NCBI GenBank assembly: GCA_964596695.1
Contig: CAZQVE010000005.1
Span: 795 to 64,794, forward strand
DNA length: 64,000 bases
Direction: 5' to 3'
Source of the DNA: an uncultured Candidatus Saccharibacteria bacterium
GTDB taxonomy: Bacteria; Patescibacteriota; Saccharimonadia; Saccharimonadales; Saccharimonadaceae
Part shown: positions 27,296-36,586 of the stretch, piece after piece
Numbering within the stretch: the first letter of the stretch is position 1
Layout of the letters: every line of letters begins with the position of its first letter
Notes under the pieces: generated by a model
Told to the model about the DNA's origin: nothing
The model's input: the letters and a program-made list of their open reading frames with translations, nothing else
Databases searched by the model: none
Program-made: the position numbers and the translations under genes

Positions 27296-28898
27296 GCATT
27301 CTTAATGCATCAAACAAATCATCATTACTAGATTCATCTTTATCATATTTGTTGTCTGTTACCCATGCACTAGAAAATGCAGAATGAATCTTACTTTGTT
27401 CTTTCATATATCTGAATACTCCATTATCTACCATCGATACTAATTTTTGTGTCATTTGGTCGCCTTCTTTGTGGAAATTAACAGGACATATTCTCATGCC
27501 TTCTGGAGCTCTTATCATTCGTTCTAATTCATCTTTTTTGTAGGTATCATAATGTGGATATTCACCTATCAATCTCTTTAGATCTTTTATAATATGTGAC
27601 CACCAATCATCTACATATACCTTAACTACATTACGCTTTGTGATAAGAACCGCAATAGCTTCTAAGAAAGATTGGTATTCAGGTTGGATAAGTTCATCAC
27701 CATAAATTAGTTCAACTTTTCCTTGTCTCCATTGGGCTACTACAATTCCAGTGGTACTTGCTCCGATTGTAGTACCAAATGCAGGATCTATTGCTATCAT
27801 GGTTGGAGGGTATCTACCTCCTACAATATTAGTTTGATTAATTAAACCTCTAATATCAAAATATGGAACATAACCTACCTTGGTAGCATATTCTTGGTTA
27901 ATTACATTTCTTGCTATTGATACATCAGATAGTAAGTTTCCTTTGGTTCCTCCAAATTTCAGATTGTATTCTCGTTCAAAATCTGCTTTAGTCTTCTGGA
28001 CTTCAATGTCTTCCTCAGTAAATATCCAAGCATCATGTTTAGCCATTCCCCATGTATAATCAAATGTGAATAATCTGTAACCTCTCACCTTCTCTGGAGT
28101 AGTCATCAATTGGTAACACATTCCAGATTCATCGTTTGGTGTACTAACCAACCATACGAAAGGTTTTGATTTAGTGTGATAACGTTCTATGACAGTTCTA
28201 ATTTCTTTCTGTGCTTTTGGTTCGAAAAAGTCCGCTTCATCAACAAATATGAATCTGAAATCTTTGTATGATCTTAATTTCTTAACGTTCTCAGCAGGAT
28301 ATGCTGCTATAGTAACACCATTAAGTATAATACGTCCTACTCTCTTGTCAATATCTAACTCAGGGAATGCTTCAAAGAACATGTAAATTCTATCTAGAAT
28401 TTCATCAGCAGTTTGTTGTGTTAAACCAGTGATAATTGCAAATCTTTGGTTCTTATAGTTACTATTTCTAACTGCTAACCATGCCATTACACGAGTAACG
28501 AATTCAGTAATACCTAGTCCAGTACTCTTTATTACCAATCTATAGTATTCTGGATTTGGGTCTGTGCCTGAAAGTGTAGCGTAAAAATCTTCAAATAGAA
28601 TTCTCTCATAATCAAACATTGGATACCTCTTATTAGTATCAGGTTTTATGGGTAATCCAATCATATGATTGAAACAACAATTAGATCTAGTCTGTCTACA
28701 TAATTCAATATGTTCATCTCTTGTTAAATCCCATCTCCAGAATGGTATGTTTTTAAATATTGCATATGCTCCCTCATCATCAGGATCATAGAATTGTTTT
28801 ACTTTAGTAGTAGCAATCTTTAATCCTTTAAGCATTGAGGCCGTTTTAGGGTTGGCCTCTTCATATGCTCTAATCAGAGCTTCTAGGTGATGATCCAT
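27261..28898 (-). CDS. terminase large subunit
   Basis: 545 aa. Has a Walker A-like VIKSTGLGITEF, the Walker B FIFVDEADFF, and C-terminal RNase H-like nuclease acidic motifs (AIDPAFG, YVDDWW, DDLFDALRM). Confidence 0.8.
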   Translation of the reverse strand: MDHHLEALIRAYEEANPKTASMLKGLKIATTKVKQFYDPDDEGAYAIFKNIPFWRWDLTRDEHIELCRQTRSNCCFNHMIGLPIKPDTNKRYPMFDYERILFEDFYATLSGTDPNPEYYRLVIKSTGLGITEFVTRVMAWLAVRNSNYKNQRFAIITGLTQQTADEILDRIYMFFEAFPELDIDKRVGRIILNGVTIAAYPAENVKKLRSYKDFRFIFVDEADFFEPKAQKEIRTVIERYHTKSKPFVWLVSTPNDESGMCYQLMTTPEKVRGYRLFTFDYTWGMAKHDAWIFTEEDIEVQKTKADFEREYNLKFGGTKGNLLSDVSIARNVINQEYATKVGYVPYFDIRGLINQTNIVGGRYPPTMIAIDPAFGTTIGASTTGIVVAQWRQGKVELIYGDELIQPEYQSFLEAIAVLITKRNVVKVYVDDWWSHIIKDLKRLIGEYPHYDTYKKDELERMIRAPEGMRICPVNFHKEGDQMTQKLVSMVDNGVFRYMKEQSKIHSAFSSAWVTDNKYDKDESSNDDLFDALRMLTKGLEIQNLN

Positions 28899-29172
28899 AT
28901 TTTTGTATCACCAGGTAATTGTCCTGTGTTCTTGGAATGAATACCTTTATCCATGTTTCGTCGCCTACAAATTCATCGCATTCCGGTCTAGGTAAATAGA
29001 ATCGATAATGTTTGTCTAGTTTGTCTAACTTTACCTTAAAATAATGTGCTTCACCTGTCATAGGATTGATTTGTTCTTGTGCAGCTTTGTTAATTATGTC
29101 TCGTTCCGTTTCTGTCTGCTCTGCCATTTTGGTAAATATATTTCTTTTATGCAACTTCGTTACCCTCACCAT
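28870..29172 (-). CDS. small DNA-binding-like protein (AbrB/SpoVT-like?)
   Basis: YRFYLPRPECDEFVGDETWIKVFIPRTQDNYLVIQK resembles a swapped-hairpin AbrB-type domain. An alternative ATG lies at 29127. It overlaps the terminase start. Confidence 0.3.
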   Translation of the reverse strand: MVRVTKLHKRNIFTKMAEQTETERDIINKAAQEQINPMTGEAHYFKVKLDKLDKHYRFYLPRPECDEFVGDETWIKVFIPRTQDNYLVIQKYGSSPRSSD

Positions 29173-29755
29173 AAGCTTCTGTTAAATCAATCAATTGTTT
29201 CTGTTCCTCTTCTACCATCTCAGCTTGATAGTCTTCTAATAGAACTGCATTCTTTGTATTAGGATCACTATTATCAAGCTTAACTTTCTTTTCAGCTTCA
29301 TCAATAGTAATCTTCATAGGATAAATATACATAAGTGCCATGTTCCTTTTTTCGATATGATCTAAATTCTGTCCTAATGCATTGTTAATCTCCATTATCT
29401 CTTGAAGCAAAATTGGATCAGGTTCATCACCGTTCATTACTTGCTCCTTATAAGCACGCATTTTCATATCTAGTAACATTAACAAATCTGTTCTAATCTT
29501 TTCTAAAATATCTAAGTGTGTTTTTGCTGTTTTAAGTGATTTAATTTTAGTAAAAACTTCTAACCAATTCAAGTCTTTATCCTGGCTTTTTTGGTATTCT
29601 TTAACGTGGTATTCAATCGCTCCTCTCTCTAGATCATACCCTGTTGCATTTTTTAGGTAAAATCTAAGATCCTCTGTTCTAGTAATTCCGAATTCAAAGG
29701 CTTTGCCTATTTCATCTTGAATCTTATCGGAATCTCTATAAACTTTCCTTCCCAT
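29147..29755 (-). CDS. hypothetical protein (candidate small terminase subunit, by position)
   Basis: 202 aa, helical, lying upstream of the large terminase. No motif recognised. Confidence 0.3.
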   Translation of the reverse strand: MGRKVYRDSDKIQDEIGKAFEFGITRTEDLRFYLKNATGYDLERGAIEYHVKEYQKSQDKDLNWLEVFTKIKSLKTAKTHLDILEKIRTDLLMLLDMKMRAYKEQVMNGDEPDPILLQEIMEINNALGQNLDHIEKRNMALMYIYPMKITIDEAEKKVKLDNSDPNTKNAVLLEDYQAEMVEEEQKQLIDLTEAYGEGNEVA

Positions 29756-29781
29756 AATAGGGAACTGAACGTTACTACCTT

Positions 29782-30384
29782 TTATTTATTTCCCAAATTT
29801 TCCTGCTCAATTTCTAATTGATTAGCACGGAAAATCATTTCATCATGAAGATCTTGTGGTTCTAAATAGAAACGTTGTCGTCCGTGAGCTCTCCATGTTG
29901 GAATGCGTACTGTAACTGCATTATAGAACCTAAAAAAGAATTCATCTCTAATTTCTCCTTTTCTAACTTCGTTCTTATTTGTATGATTTTTACGTCCATC
30001 AATTTCTATAATATAAATACCATAATGAGGATGCTTATCACTAAAACCTATTCTATCAAATACTACTATGTCAGGTCTATAAGTTCTTGGTGCGCCAAAT
30101 GCATCTATGAATCTTTCAGTAATTTGTTGTCGTTCTGTATAAAGTAAATATCTATCATTGTGATCTTCGTTATACTCTCTATATAATTCTACAATGTTCT
30201 TTTTTCCTTTATAGTGTTGCGGATATTCACCTTGTTCCTCATGAATTGCAACTTCTTTTTGTCTAGGTGCGTTTAAAACATCAGCCCATGATCTGAATTT
30301 TTCTTTCTCGTTATATCCAAAATCAGCGAGAAAGTTTGCGTATTGTCCTAAAATTATTCGGTTTTGATTATTCTTCTTGCTCAT
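29782..30384 (-). CDS. DUF559/Vsr-like PD-(D/E)XK endonuclease
   Basis: DIVVFD...IIEIDGRKNHTNKNEVRKGEIRDEFFFRFYNAVTVRIP follows the D...E-x-DG..H...D..R pattern of the Vsr/DUF559 family. Confidence 0.5.
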   Translation of the reverse strand: MSKKNNQNRIILGQYANFLADFGYNEKEKFRSWADVLNAPRQKEVAIHEEQGEYPQHYKGKKNIVELYREYNEDHNDRYLLYTERQQITERFIDAFGAPRTYRPDIVVFDRIGFSDKHPHYGIYIIEIDGRKNHTNKNEVRKGEIRDEFFFRFYNAVTVRIPTWRAHGRQRFYLEPQDLHDEMIFRANQLEIEQENLGNK

Positions 30385-30622
30385 CCGTCGTTTCTAACTG
30401 AGCAGAACTATTATTTATTTCTAATTCATAGATCATTTTCAATTCGTGAACAAAATCCATAAAAAAATTTGTTACCTCTTGAATATAAAAAGCTTGATCT
30501 TCTTTTCTCATACTAGAAAATAAATATAAATAGGGTAATATGCTACGTGCAAAATATGTTAATCTGTCTTCTATAATGTGTTCAGATTCTTCTTTAACAG
30601 TATCGAAATGTTCTACTAACAT
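30368..30622 (-). CDS. hypothetical protein
   Basis: 84-aa ORF that overlaps the downstream gene by 17 nt. Confidence 0.4.
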   Translation of the reverse strand: MLVEHFDTVKEESEHIIEDRLTYFARSILPYLYLFSSMRKEDQAFYIQEVTNFFMDFVHELKMIYELEINNSSAQLETTDEQEE

Positions 30623-30632
30623 TAATAAAAAT

Positions 30633-30660
30633 GGTAACGCTAGCTAATATAAGCGTTACC
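30633..30660. promoter_or_regulatory. perfect 9-bp stem-loop GGTAACGCT-N10-AGCGTTACC
   Basis: Read directly. It lies between the stop of 30670-31176 and the start of 30368-30622, so it is in a terminator or operator position. Confidence 0.5.
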
Positions 30661-30669
30661 TATTTGTGT

Positions 30670-31176
30670 CTATACTTTGACTGGCTTTGCCACCAAATAT
30701 TCTGTTACCCCCGTTTCTTCATTAAATCTTGTTGAAGTATGGAAAATTGCTAATCCGCTTTCAGGTGTTGCTTTTTCTACTGCTGTTTCAAAAGGCAAGA
30801 ATTCCGCAGGAGCTTGTGCTGCACCTTGAACTACTTGTAAATAGTTTTTTCCACCTCCCCCAAAAGCCTTCTTAAAGAAGTTCTCTGGAAGTTTTACATC
30901 TGGAGCATCAGTCTTTATACTTGCACCCTCCCACAACATTACGTTACCATTAAACAAACTTAGGGAGAAAGTTTGTCCATCATAATTGAATCCCTTTTGA
31001 GATTCTCCTTCACCTGAAAAGTTTTTGTTACAAGCGTCAACAACTTTGTCCTTAAATTTAGGATCAATAAAGTTTGCTTCTCTTACACTTGTGTATCTTT
31101 TACCGTTCTTTGATTTCCACCACTTCGCTAGGTTATCTTCTAGATCGAAAGGCTTTGGTGTAAAATTATTTGCCAT
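30670..31176 (-). CDS. hypothetical protein
   Basis: 168-aa ORF with a GAACGTTTATATG promoter-like box upstream. Confidence 0.5.
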   Translation of the reverse strand: MANNFTPKPFDLEDNLAKWWKSKNGKRYTSVREANFIDPKFKDKVVDACNKNFSGEGESQKGFNYDGQTFSLSLFNGNVMLWEGASIKTDAPDVKLPENFFKKAFGGGGKNYLQVVQGAAQAPAEFLPFETAVEKATPESGLAIFHTSTRFNEETGVTEYLVAKPVKV

Positions 31177-31218
31177 TGTAGTGTAGAATGAAGCTACTCT
31201 ACATATAAACGTTCTTTA

Positions 31219-31404
31219 TTAATATCTAATACATCTTGTTGTATTCTCTAATTCAGGATGGTTAAAACAATAGTGTTTTTCTATCACATTATGAGGAACT
31301 GTTATTATTATCGCTCCAAATACTGTTCCTATTAATGCTCCTAATACTAGAAAGAATAATCCAAAGAAAATTAAGAATATTATAGCGTCATTACCTTCCA
31401 TCAT
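31219..31404 (-). CDS. small membrane protein
   Basis: 61 aa with one long hydrophobic span (AIIFLIFFGLFFLVLGALIGTVFGAIII). Confidence 0.4.
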   Translation of the reverse strand: MMEGNDAIIFLIFFGLFFLVLGALIGTVFGAIIITVPHNVIEKHYCFNHPELENTTRCIRY

Positions 31405-31588
31405 AATATTTCTCCTCTACTAATAATGTATAACCAATTAATATTACCAATAAAGCACATGAACCAATTGCTAATACTTGAATCCATAATGGATCTTGGT
31501 TTACCTCATAATAATAACCTCCAGCGAATATTATTATAATTGCTAATGCCAGTAAAAATAAATCTTCAAATACGTTTGCCATAATCAT
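31391..31588 (-). CDS. small membrane protein
   Basis: 65 aa with two hydrophobic spans. Confidence 0.4.
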   Translation of the reverse strand: MIMANVFEDLFLLALAIIIIFAGGYYYEVNQDPLWIQVLAIGSCALLVILIGYTLLVEEKYYDGR

Positions 31589-32024
31589 CTAACCTATTGT
31601 TTGCTTTGAATTGTTCCCATTTTTCTAACAATTCATTAAGTGCTTGTTTATCCCATGTGCTAGTAATTTCTTTCTTTAAATATTCTGTTATAGAACCTGG
31701 GATAGGAACAATTGATCTTCTTAGTGATTTGATTGTCTCTATTGGGCCAGACCCTTCAAGCATATCACATCCTGAGCATGAACCCCATCCATAATTGAAA
31801 TAATAATATGTTTTCGGTTGCCCGTTTTCATAATGGCCACTTTGAACTAATCCAAATGTGTCACCTTCGTAATCTCCATAATCTATTTCTGCTATATATT
31901 TTGGGTCTATTTCATTATAATAGGCCACAAATGCAGCTCTAATACAGGATTTATAAGAAGGATATGAATCTCCTAAACCTGCCATTACACCATTATGAAT
32001 TAACTCTAATTGTTTATCGTTCAC
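31566..32024 (-). CDS. hypothetical protein
   Basis: 152-aa ORF. No family recognised. Confidence 0.5.
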   Translation of the reverse strand: MNDKQLELIHNGVMAGLGDSYPSYKSCIRAAFVAYYNEIDPKYIAEIDYGDYEGDTFGLVQSGHYENGQPKTYYYFNYGWGSCSGCDMLEGSGPIETIKSLRRSIVPIPGSITEYLKKEITSTWDKQALNELLEKWEQFKANNRLDDYGKRI

Positions 32025-32332
32025 GTCAAAGCCCTCTTAATGTAATTACACGCAGTAGTATACCTAGAATTAGTAGCATAATACATTGTTTCTAAATCGT
32101 CCAATGCTTTTCGTCTATTTTCGATATTTCTAACCCATTGAATACTTCTTATTAGACCAAAGAATGAAATTGCACATACTACTAACTTCCAATCAAAAGG
32201 TAATCTATCATCAGTAACAGCTACTATGAATATAAGAACATTAAGAAAAATAAAAGCTCCTCCTATTGCTGCTCGTCTAGTATCCTCACTCAATTTAATA
32301 TCCCTCCTCTTGTCGCTTGTAGTTGATAGCAT
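32021..32332 (-). CDS. membrane protein
   Basis: 103 aa with two hydrophobic helices (AAIGGAFIFLNVLIFIVAV and LVVCAISFFGLI). Confidence 0.45.
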   Translation of the reverse strand: MLSTTSDKRRDIKLSEDTRRAAIGGAFIFLNVLIFIVAVTDDRLPFDWKLVVCAISFFGLIRSIQWVRNIENRRKALDDLETMYYATNSRYTTACNYIKRALT

Positions 32333-32735
32333 GCTTTGCTAGGTATTGTTCTATTAGAGTATCTGGAGTAAAGCCTAACTCTATTGCTTCCTGAATGAAA
32401 AAGTGTAACCTATCTACAAATTCATTTTGCAAATATTTCTTTACGGAACCTGCTTGATCAAACTGAGATTGAGTAGCTTGATCTTCGCTAGTAAAAGCAG
32501 TATCAATAAGTGAAGCATTAACATATGTTCCATCAGGATTCTTTTGTTTCCAATGTTTCCAAGGAATAACTTTTCTTTGTTCCGATTTTTCATCATCATC
32601 GGCCAAATGTAATCTAATTACTCTCTCATAAGGATACCTCTCATTTACGTATTCATTGTCAGGATTGTTTTTTATAAAATCGTCGCGAAATCCTTTCTGT
32701 TTCTGGAAAAGGAGCTCTAACTTGTCACTCGTCAT
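32295..32735 (-). CDS. dimeric dUTPase-like all-alpha NTP pyrophosphatase
   Basis: WKHWK followed by EFVDRLHFFIQEAIELGF...YLAKHAINYKRQEEGY matches the dUTPase_2 family C-terminal pattern (E.vD.lHF...Y..K...N..R...gY). Confidence 0.55.
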   Translation of the reverse strand: MTSDKLELLFQKQKGFRDDFIKNNPDNEYVNERYPYERVIRLHLADDDEKSEQRKVIPWKHWKQKNPDGTYVNASLIDTAFTSEDQATQSQFDQAGSVKKYLQNEFVDRLHFFIQEAIELGFTPDTLIEQYLAKHAINYKRQEEGY

Positions 32736-32784
32736 AAGCTCTAATCAACGGAAACGTAATATAAAGGTAAGCTTCATACTATTT

Positions 32785-33201
32785 ATGGTAACGCCTTACG
32801 CGCAAGGATATAGCGCAGAAAATGAATTAAATAAAAAACTACAAGAATTTGGTTACGAAGTTAAAAGAGCTTATAAAAGTCAAGGATGTTATGATCTGTT
32901 AGCATTTAATGATACGTTCCGTCCATTGCTTATTGAAGTAAAATACTATAAAGCAATGAATGAAATACCCACAAGTAAGGTAAATCAAAAGGCATTATTA
33001 ACATTATTAAAAAAAGCGAATAGTAAAAAATTATTTATTACTGCAAAAACTACTAATGCCTATCCCTTATTTGCTTTTAAAATTAAAGGTAAAGGATGGT
33101 TACTATATAGAATGGATCTTGATATGTTGCGATTTTATAAATATAAGGATTTAAAATATGGATTAAAATCTATCTTGCAAGTTTCAAATCCTTTCCCATG
33201 A
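32785..33201 (+). CDS. hjc: archaeal Holliday junction resolvase
   Basis: 138 aa from the ATG at 32785. The catalytic pattern is AENEL, then SQGCYDLLAF, then LLIEVKY (E...D...ExK), as in Hjc. The ORF track starts earlier, at 32656. Confidence 0.7.
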   Translation: MVTPYAQGYSAENELNKKLQEFGYEVKRAYKSQGCYDLLAFNDTFRPLLIEVKYYKAMNEIPTSKVNQKALLTLLKKANSKKLFITAKTTNAYPLFAFKIKGKGWLLYRMDLDMLRFYKYKDLKYGLKSILQVSNPFP

Positions 33202-33433
33202 GAAAATCTTCTATCTCATTATCAAGATCATCAAACTCATCGAATAAATGCATATCACCAAAATAACTATTCTGACTAGAAACAAATCCTAACACAGGAA
33301 TAGTAAAAACTAAATGTGTATTCTCACAAAATGTCATATCACAATAAAATGATTGATCAGTGCTAATTTCTATTTCGTTTCCTTTTTTATCTATATAAAC
33401 TAAATCTCCATCTTTGTTATATCTCACTGTCAT
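33170..33433 (-). CDS. hypothetical acidic protein
   Basis: 87-aa ORF. Confidence 0.4.
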   Translation of the reverse strand: MTVRYNKDGDLVYIDKKGNEIEISTDQSFYCDMTFCENTHLVFTIPVLGFVSSQNSYFGDMHLFDEFDDLDNEIEDFLMGKDLKLAR

Positions 33434-33448
33434 ACTAAATTTAGAGAA

Positions 33449-33556
33449 CTAGTCTAATTTAAACTGTACTTCACAAAAGGGACACCAACCTAGTTTACCT
33501 TTGTATCTATCGTCATAATATGTATCTACTTTACCTCCACAATATAGACATTTCAA
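33449..33556 (-). CDS. 35-aa zinc-ribbon mini-protein (below the ORF-track cutoff)
   Basis: Translated by hand as (L/M)KCLYCGGKVDTYYDDRYKGKLGWCPFCEVQFKLD, with the pattern CxxC-N17-CxxC. Its TTG start overlaps the upstream stop codon. Confidence 0.3.
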   Translation of the reverse strand: MKCLYCGGKVDTYYDDRYKGKLGWCPFCEVQFKLD

Positions 33557-33783
33557 TCTAATTCATTATACTCCTTAGAACCAATTTTAATTATTTGACC
33601 TGTTCTATCATCTATTATAATTTGATTATGACATATCCCATAAAGCTCTCTAAATGAACCATAAATATAGTTTGATTCTTTGGTTCGATCTATCATTTCC
33701 ATCAAATGATTTGTTTCTACATAACCATCAGGTTTATTCAACTTTCTTTTTTCACTTGTTCCATACAGACAGGACACCACCAA
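33553..33783 (-). CDS. hypothetical protein
   Basis: 76-aa ORF with a TTG start. Its 5' part competes with an alternative-frame 34-aa ORF (33738-33842, ...FWWCPVCMEQV), so the true start may be the ATG at 33702. Confidence 0.35.
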   Translation of the reverse strand: MVVSCLYGTSEKRKLNKPDGYVETNHLMEMIDRTKESNYIYGSFRELYGICHNQIIIDDRTGQIIKIGSKEYNELD

Positions 33784-33838
33784 AATTTAGTTGTAGCATC
33801 TTCATATCTGTTCATATCTGTTCCGTCGTTAGGACAAA

Positions 33839-36523
33839 TCAAGTATGACACGCTCCATTACCACAGTTAGGACAATAGATACATCCTTCTGCTAATACCA
33901 TCTCTGTGCCACATTCACAAACTCCGTCTTCAACATGGAAAGCATTTAATCCATAACTTTCAGCTTCATATCCTAGACTATTAATAGATGAAGCAGTGAA
34001 TCGAATAGTATTATCAAAGAAAGTAGGTAAATATTGTTCAAATCCTTTAAGGTTACGTCTAATGTATTCTTTAACATAGTCAGATACTTCTAATCTTAAT
34101 GCTTCCTTTGTTGATTCAATATGTAAAATTTGTTCGTGACGTGACTTGTCTCGATAGATTGAAAGTCCTTTACAATTTAATGCATGTGCTAAGAAATAAG
34201 CTTGTTTAACATCTTCTACTGTTGCGTTACTTGGCATGTTAATAGTCTTACTTATAGAATTGTCTACATATTGTTGCCAAATTGATTGAGCAAAAACATG
34301 ATCACCCCAATGCATAGTAATAGCAGTAACGAATACTTTCTTAATCCAATCTGGAATTTCATTAATACCTTCACAGCTTGAATAGTTTTGAACTATTTTG
34401 TCTAATAATTCTTGACTATAGATTCCTTCCTCTTTGAGAGCATTGATAAAATGTTGGTTCCAGAATTTGAATTTAGTTGTTTTATCTGCTAGTGTTTTCT
34501 CGTAGAACAATCCAAATACAGGTTCAATACCGCTAGAACATCCACTAATCATTGAGATTGTGCCAGTTGGAGCTTCTGTTCCTACCCATGAGTTTCGTAT
34601 ACCAAATGTATTTAATTTCTTTATGTAGTCTTCTGAGAGATCTATGTTGCCTTCTATTTTAGATTTAACTAAATCATAACTTGATTTGCCTGTAACTTGT
34701 GTAAGTTTTCTCCAATTAACAGCTTGTCCTCTTGTGAATGCTAAATCAATTGATTCTTCTAAAGCAGCTTCATGCATTGATTTTGCGATCATAGACATTA
34801 CTTCGTATCCTTCTTGAGTATTGTATCCTATTCTCATTTTGTATAATGCATCACCAACTCCCATGATTCCTATTCCTACTCTTCTAAATTGTTTTGTAGT
34901 CTCTTCTATTGCAGCGTCAGGATACAAGGAAACTGATACCACATTATCTAAACCTCTAATAACTTCTTTACATGCAATTTCGAATGCTTCTTTATCGAAC
35001 CCTCCAGTTGGGGTAACGAATTTCGCAGCATTAACAGAAGCAAGAGTACAAGAGTCATTTGGATAGAGATATTGTTCACCGCAAGGATTAGTCGCATTTA
35101 GATCGCCAAACAAAGGTTTGAATGGATTGAATTTATTAGCGTTATCAAAAAACAGAACTCCAGGTTCAGCACTTGCATGAGCTGATTCTGCTATATTATC
35201 AAAGAATCTTCTAGTATCCATTTGACCCCATATCTTTTTATCTCTAGGATTAATTAGATCGAATGGTTCGTTTGTATATAATTTGTTCCAAAAGTTAGCA
35301 TCTAAACCTACTGAAATATTAAAGTTTTCTAATACCCCCGCTTCTTTCTTACAGTTAATGAACTTTTCAATATCAGGATGCCAATATTCTAGAATTCCCA
35401 TATTTGCCCCACGCCTTCCTGTTCCTGCTTTAACACGCTCAGTAGTATCATCTATAGCTTCAAGCCAAGAAATTGCACCGCTAGAACCTCCTTGAATATC
35501 AGCTACTATATCACCTTCGGGTCTAAGATTAGATACGTTTACTCCTAATCCTCCTGCTTTCTTGTAAATTCGTGACGCTCTAACACTAGTAGTAAACATA
35601 ATATCGTCAAGATCATCTTTCATACTTAATACGAAACAAGCGTTACCTCCTCCCAATGGTCTACCAAAGTTCATCAAAACTGGAGTGTTAAACATATATT
35701 CTCCTTTTACCATTCTGTTGTAATACATTTTCCATATTCCTTTGTCGCCAAAATGTTTCTCAAGGTATGGAATTAATTCTTTAGTTATCTTTAGGGAATA
35801 AAATTCCTCACCAATTTGAACCTGTTCTAAAATAGGTCTAATCCTAAAAGAACCAATCTGTTCAAATAGATATAGAATACGTCCTGCGTGATATGGATTA
35901 AGATTGTATTGGTTAAAAATTTCCCAATTTTGTTCATAGAATAAGTTACCAAGTTTCTTTTCATCAAAGTTTATTAATGGTCTAGTCTTTCTAGTAAAAT
36001 TATCTGGAGATAAAACTTCTAGGTCATGAATAAAGTCACCAATAGCAATTCCTTTTGCAATCCTTTCAAACATTGCACTAGGTTGCTCTCTAGCTCTTCT
36101 ATGTTCTACACGTTCTCCCTTCTCATTAGTAGTATACCAAACATCACAGATAAGATAACGTTTCTTTAGTGTTAGAAGTTGATTCTCTGTCATGGATTTA
36201 GAAACTGAATCTAGATATTGTGTATCTAAGATTTTTTCTTTCTCTAATCTTTCTTTTGCTTTTTGGTCGCGATATAGTATGTATTTTTCCGCCACCTTAT
36301 AATGACCTAAATGCATGAGAGAAACTACAACTACATCTTGAATCATTTCAATTGTTATTGGTTCCGAAGAGCTCTCTAGAACCTGAACAACATAATCTGT
36401 TACTGTTTCCACTTGGGTGAGATCAGAATTAGGGACTTCTCTAAACGCTTTCATAACAGCGTTATAAATTTTCTTTTCATTAAAATTCTCATTTGATTTA
36501 TCTCGTTTTAAAATCGTTAACAT
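33839..36523 (-). CDS. nrdJ: class II (adenosylcobalamin-dependent) ribonucleotide reductase
   Basis: 894 aa. Has an N-terminal ATP-cone (ILKRDKSNENFNEKKIYNAV), the active-site NPCGEQYLYPNDSCTLASVN, and a C-terminal zinc ribbon (CECG...CIYCPNCG). Confidence 0.85.
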   Translation of the reverse strand: MLTILKRDKSNENFNEKKIYNAVMKAFREVPNSDLTQVETVTDYVVQVLESSSEPITIEMIQDVVVVSLMHLGHYKVAEKYILYRDQKAKERLEKEKILDTQYLDSVSKSMTENQLLTLKKRYLICDVWYTTNEKGERVEHRRAREQPSAMFERIAKGIAIGDFIHDLEVLSPDNFTRKTRPLINFDEKKLGNLFYEQNWEIFNQYNLNPYHAGRILYLFEQIGSFRIRPILEQVQIGEEFYSLKITKELIPYLEKHFGDKGIWKMYYNRMVKGEYMFNTPVLMNFGRPLGGGNACFVLSMKDDLDDIMFTTSVRASRIYKKAGGLGVNVSNLRPEGDIVADIQGGSSGAISWLEAIDDTTERVKAGTGRRGANMGILEYWHPDIEKFINCKKEAGVLENFNISVGLDANFWNKLYTNEPFDLINPRDKKIWGQMDTRRFFDNIAESAHASAEPGVLFFDNANKFNPFKPLFGDLNATNPCGEQYLYPNDSCTLASVNAAKFVTPTGGFDKEAFEIACKEVIRGLDNVVSVSLYPDAAIEETTKQFRRVGIGIMGVGDALYKMRIGYNTQEGYEVMSMIAKSMHEAALEESIDLAFTRGQAVNWRKLTQVTGKSSYDLVKSKIEGNIDLSEDYIKKLNTFGIRNSWVGTEAPTGTISMISGCSSGIEPVFGLFYEKTLADKTTKFKFWNQHFINALKEEGIYSQELLDKIVQNYSSCEGINEIPDWIKKVFVTAITMHWGDHVFAQSIWQQYVDNSISKTINMPSNATVEDVKQAYFLAHALNCKGLSIYRDKSRHEQILHIESTKEALRLEVSDYVKEYIRRNLKGFEQYLPTFFDNTIRFTASSINSLGYEAESYGLNAFHVEDGVCECGTEMVLAEGCIYCPNCGNGACHT

Positions 36524-36548
36524 AAGTAACTAACAAATGGTAGCTGGG

Positions 36549-36566
36549 TTATTTATATCAAACGTT
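36549..36566 (-). promoter_or_regulatory. AACGTT + GATATAAATAA TATA-like box upstream of the RNR gene
   Basis: The minus strand reads AACGTTTGATATAAATAA. The TATA-like centre is about 29 nt from the ATG at 36523, which is leaderless geometry. The plus strand reads AACGTTATTAAAAATA, so the element could act in both directions. Confidence 0.4.
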
Positions 36567-36586
36567 ATTAAAAATAGAGCTAATGT

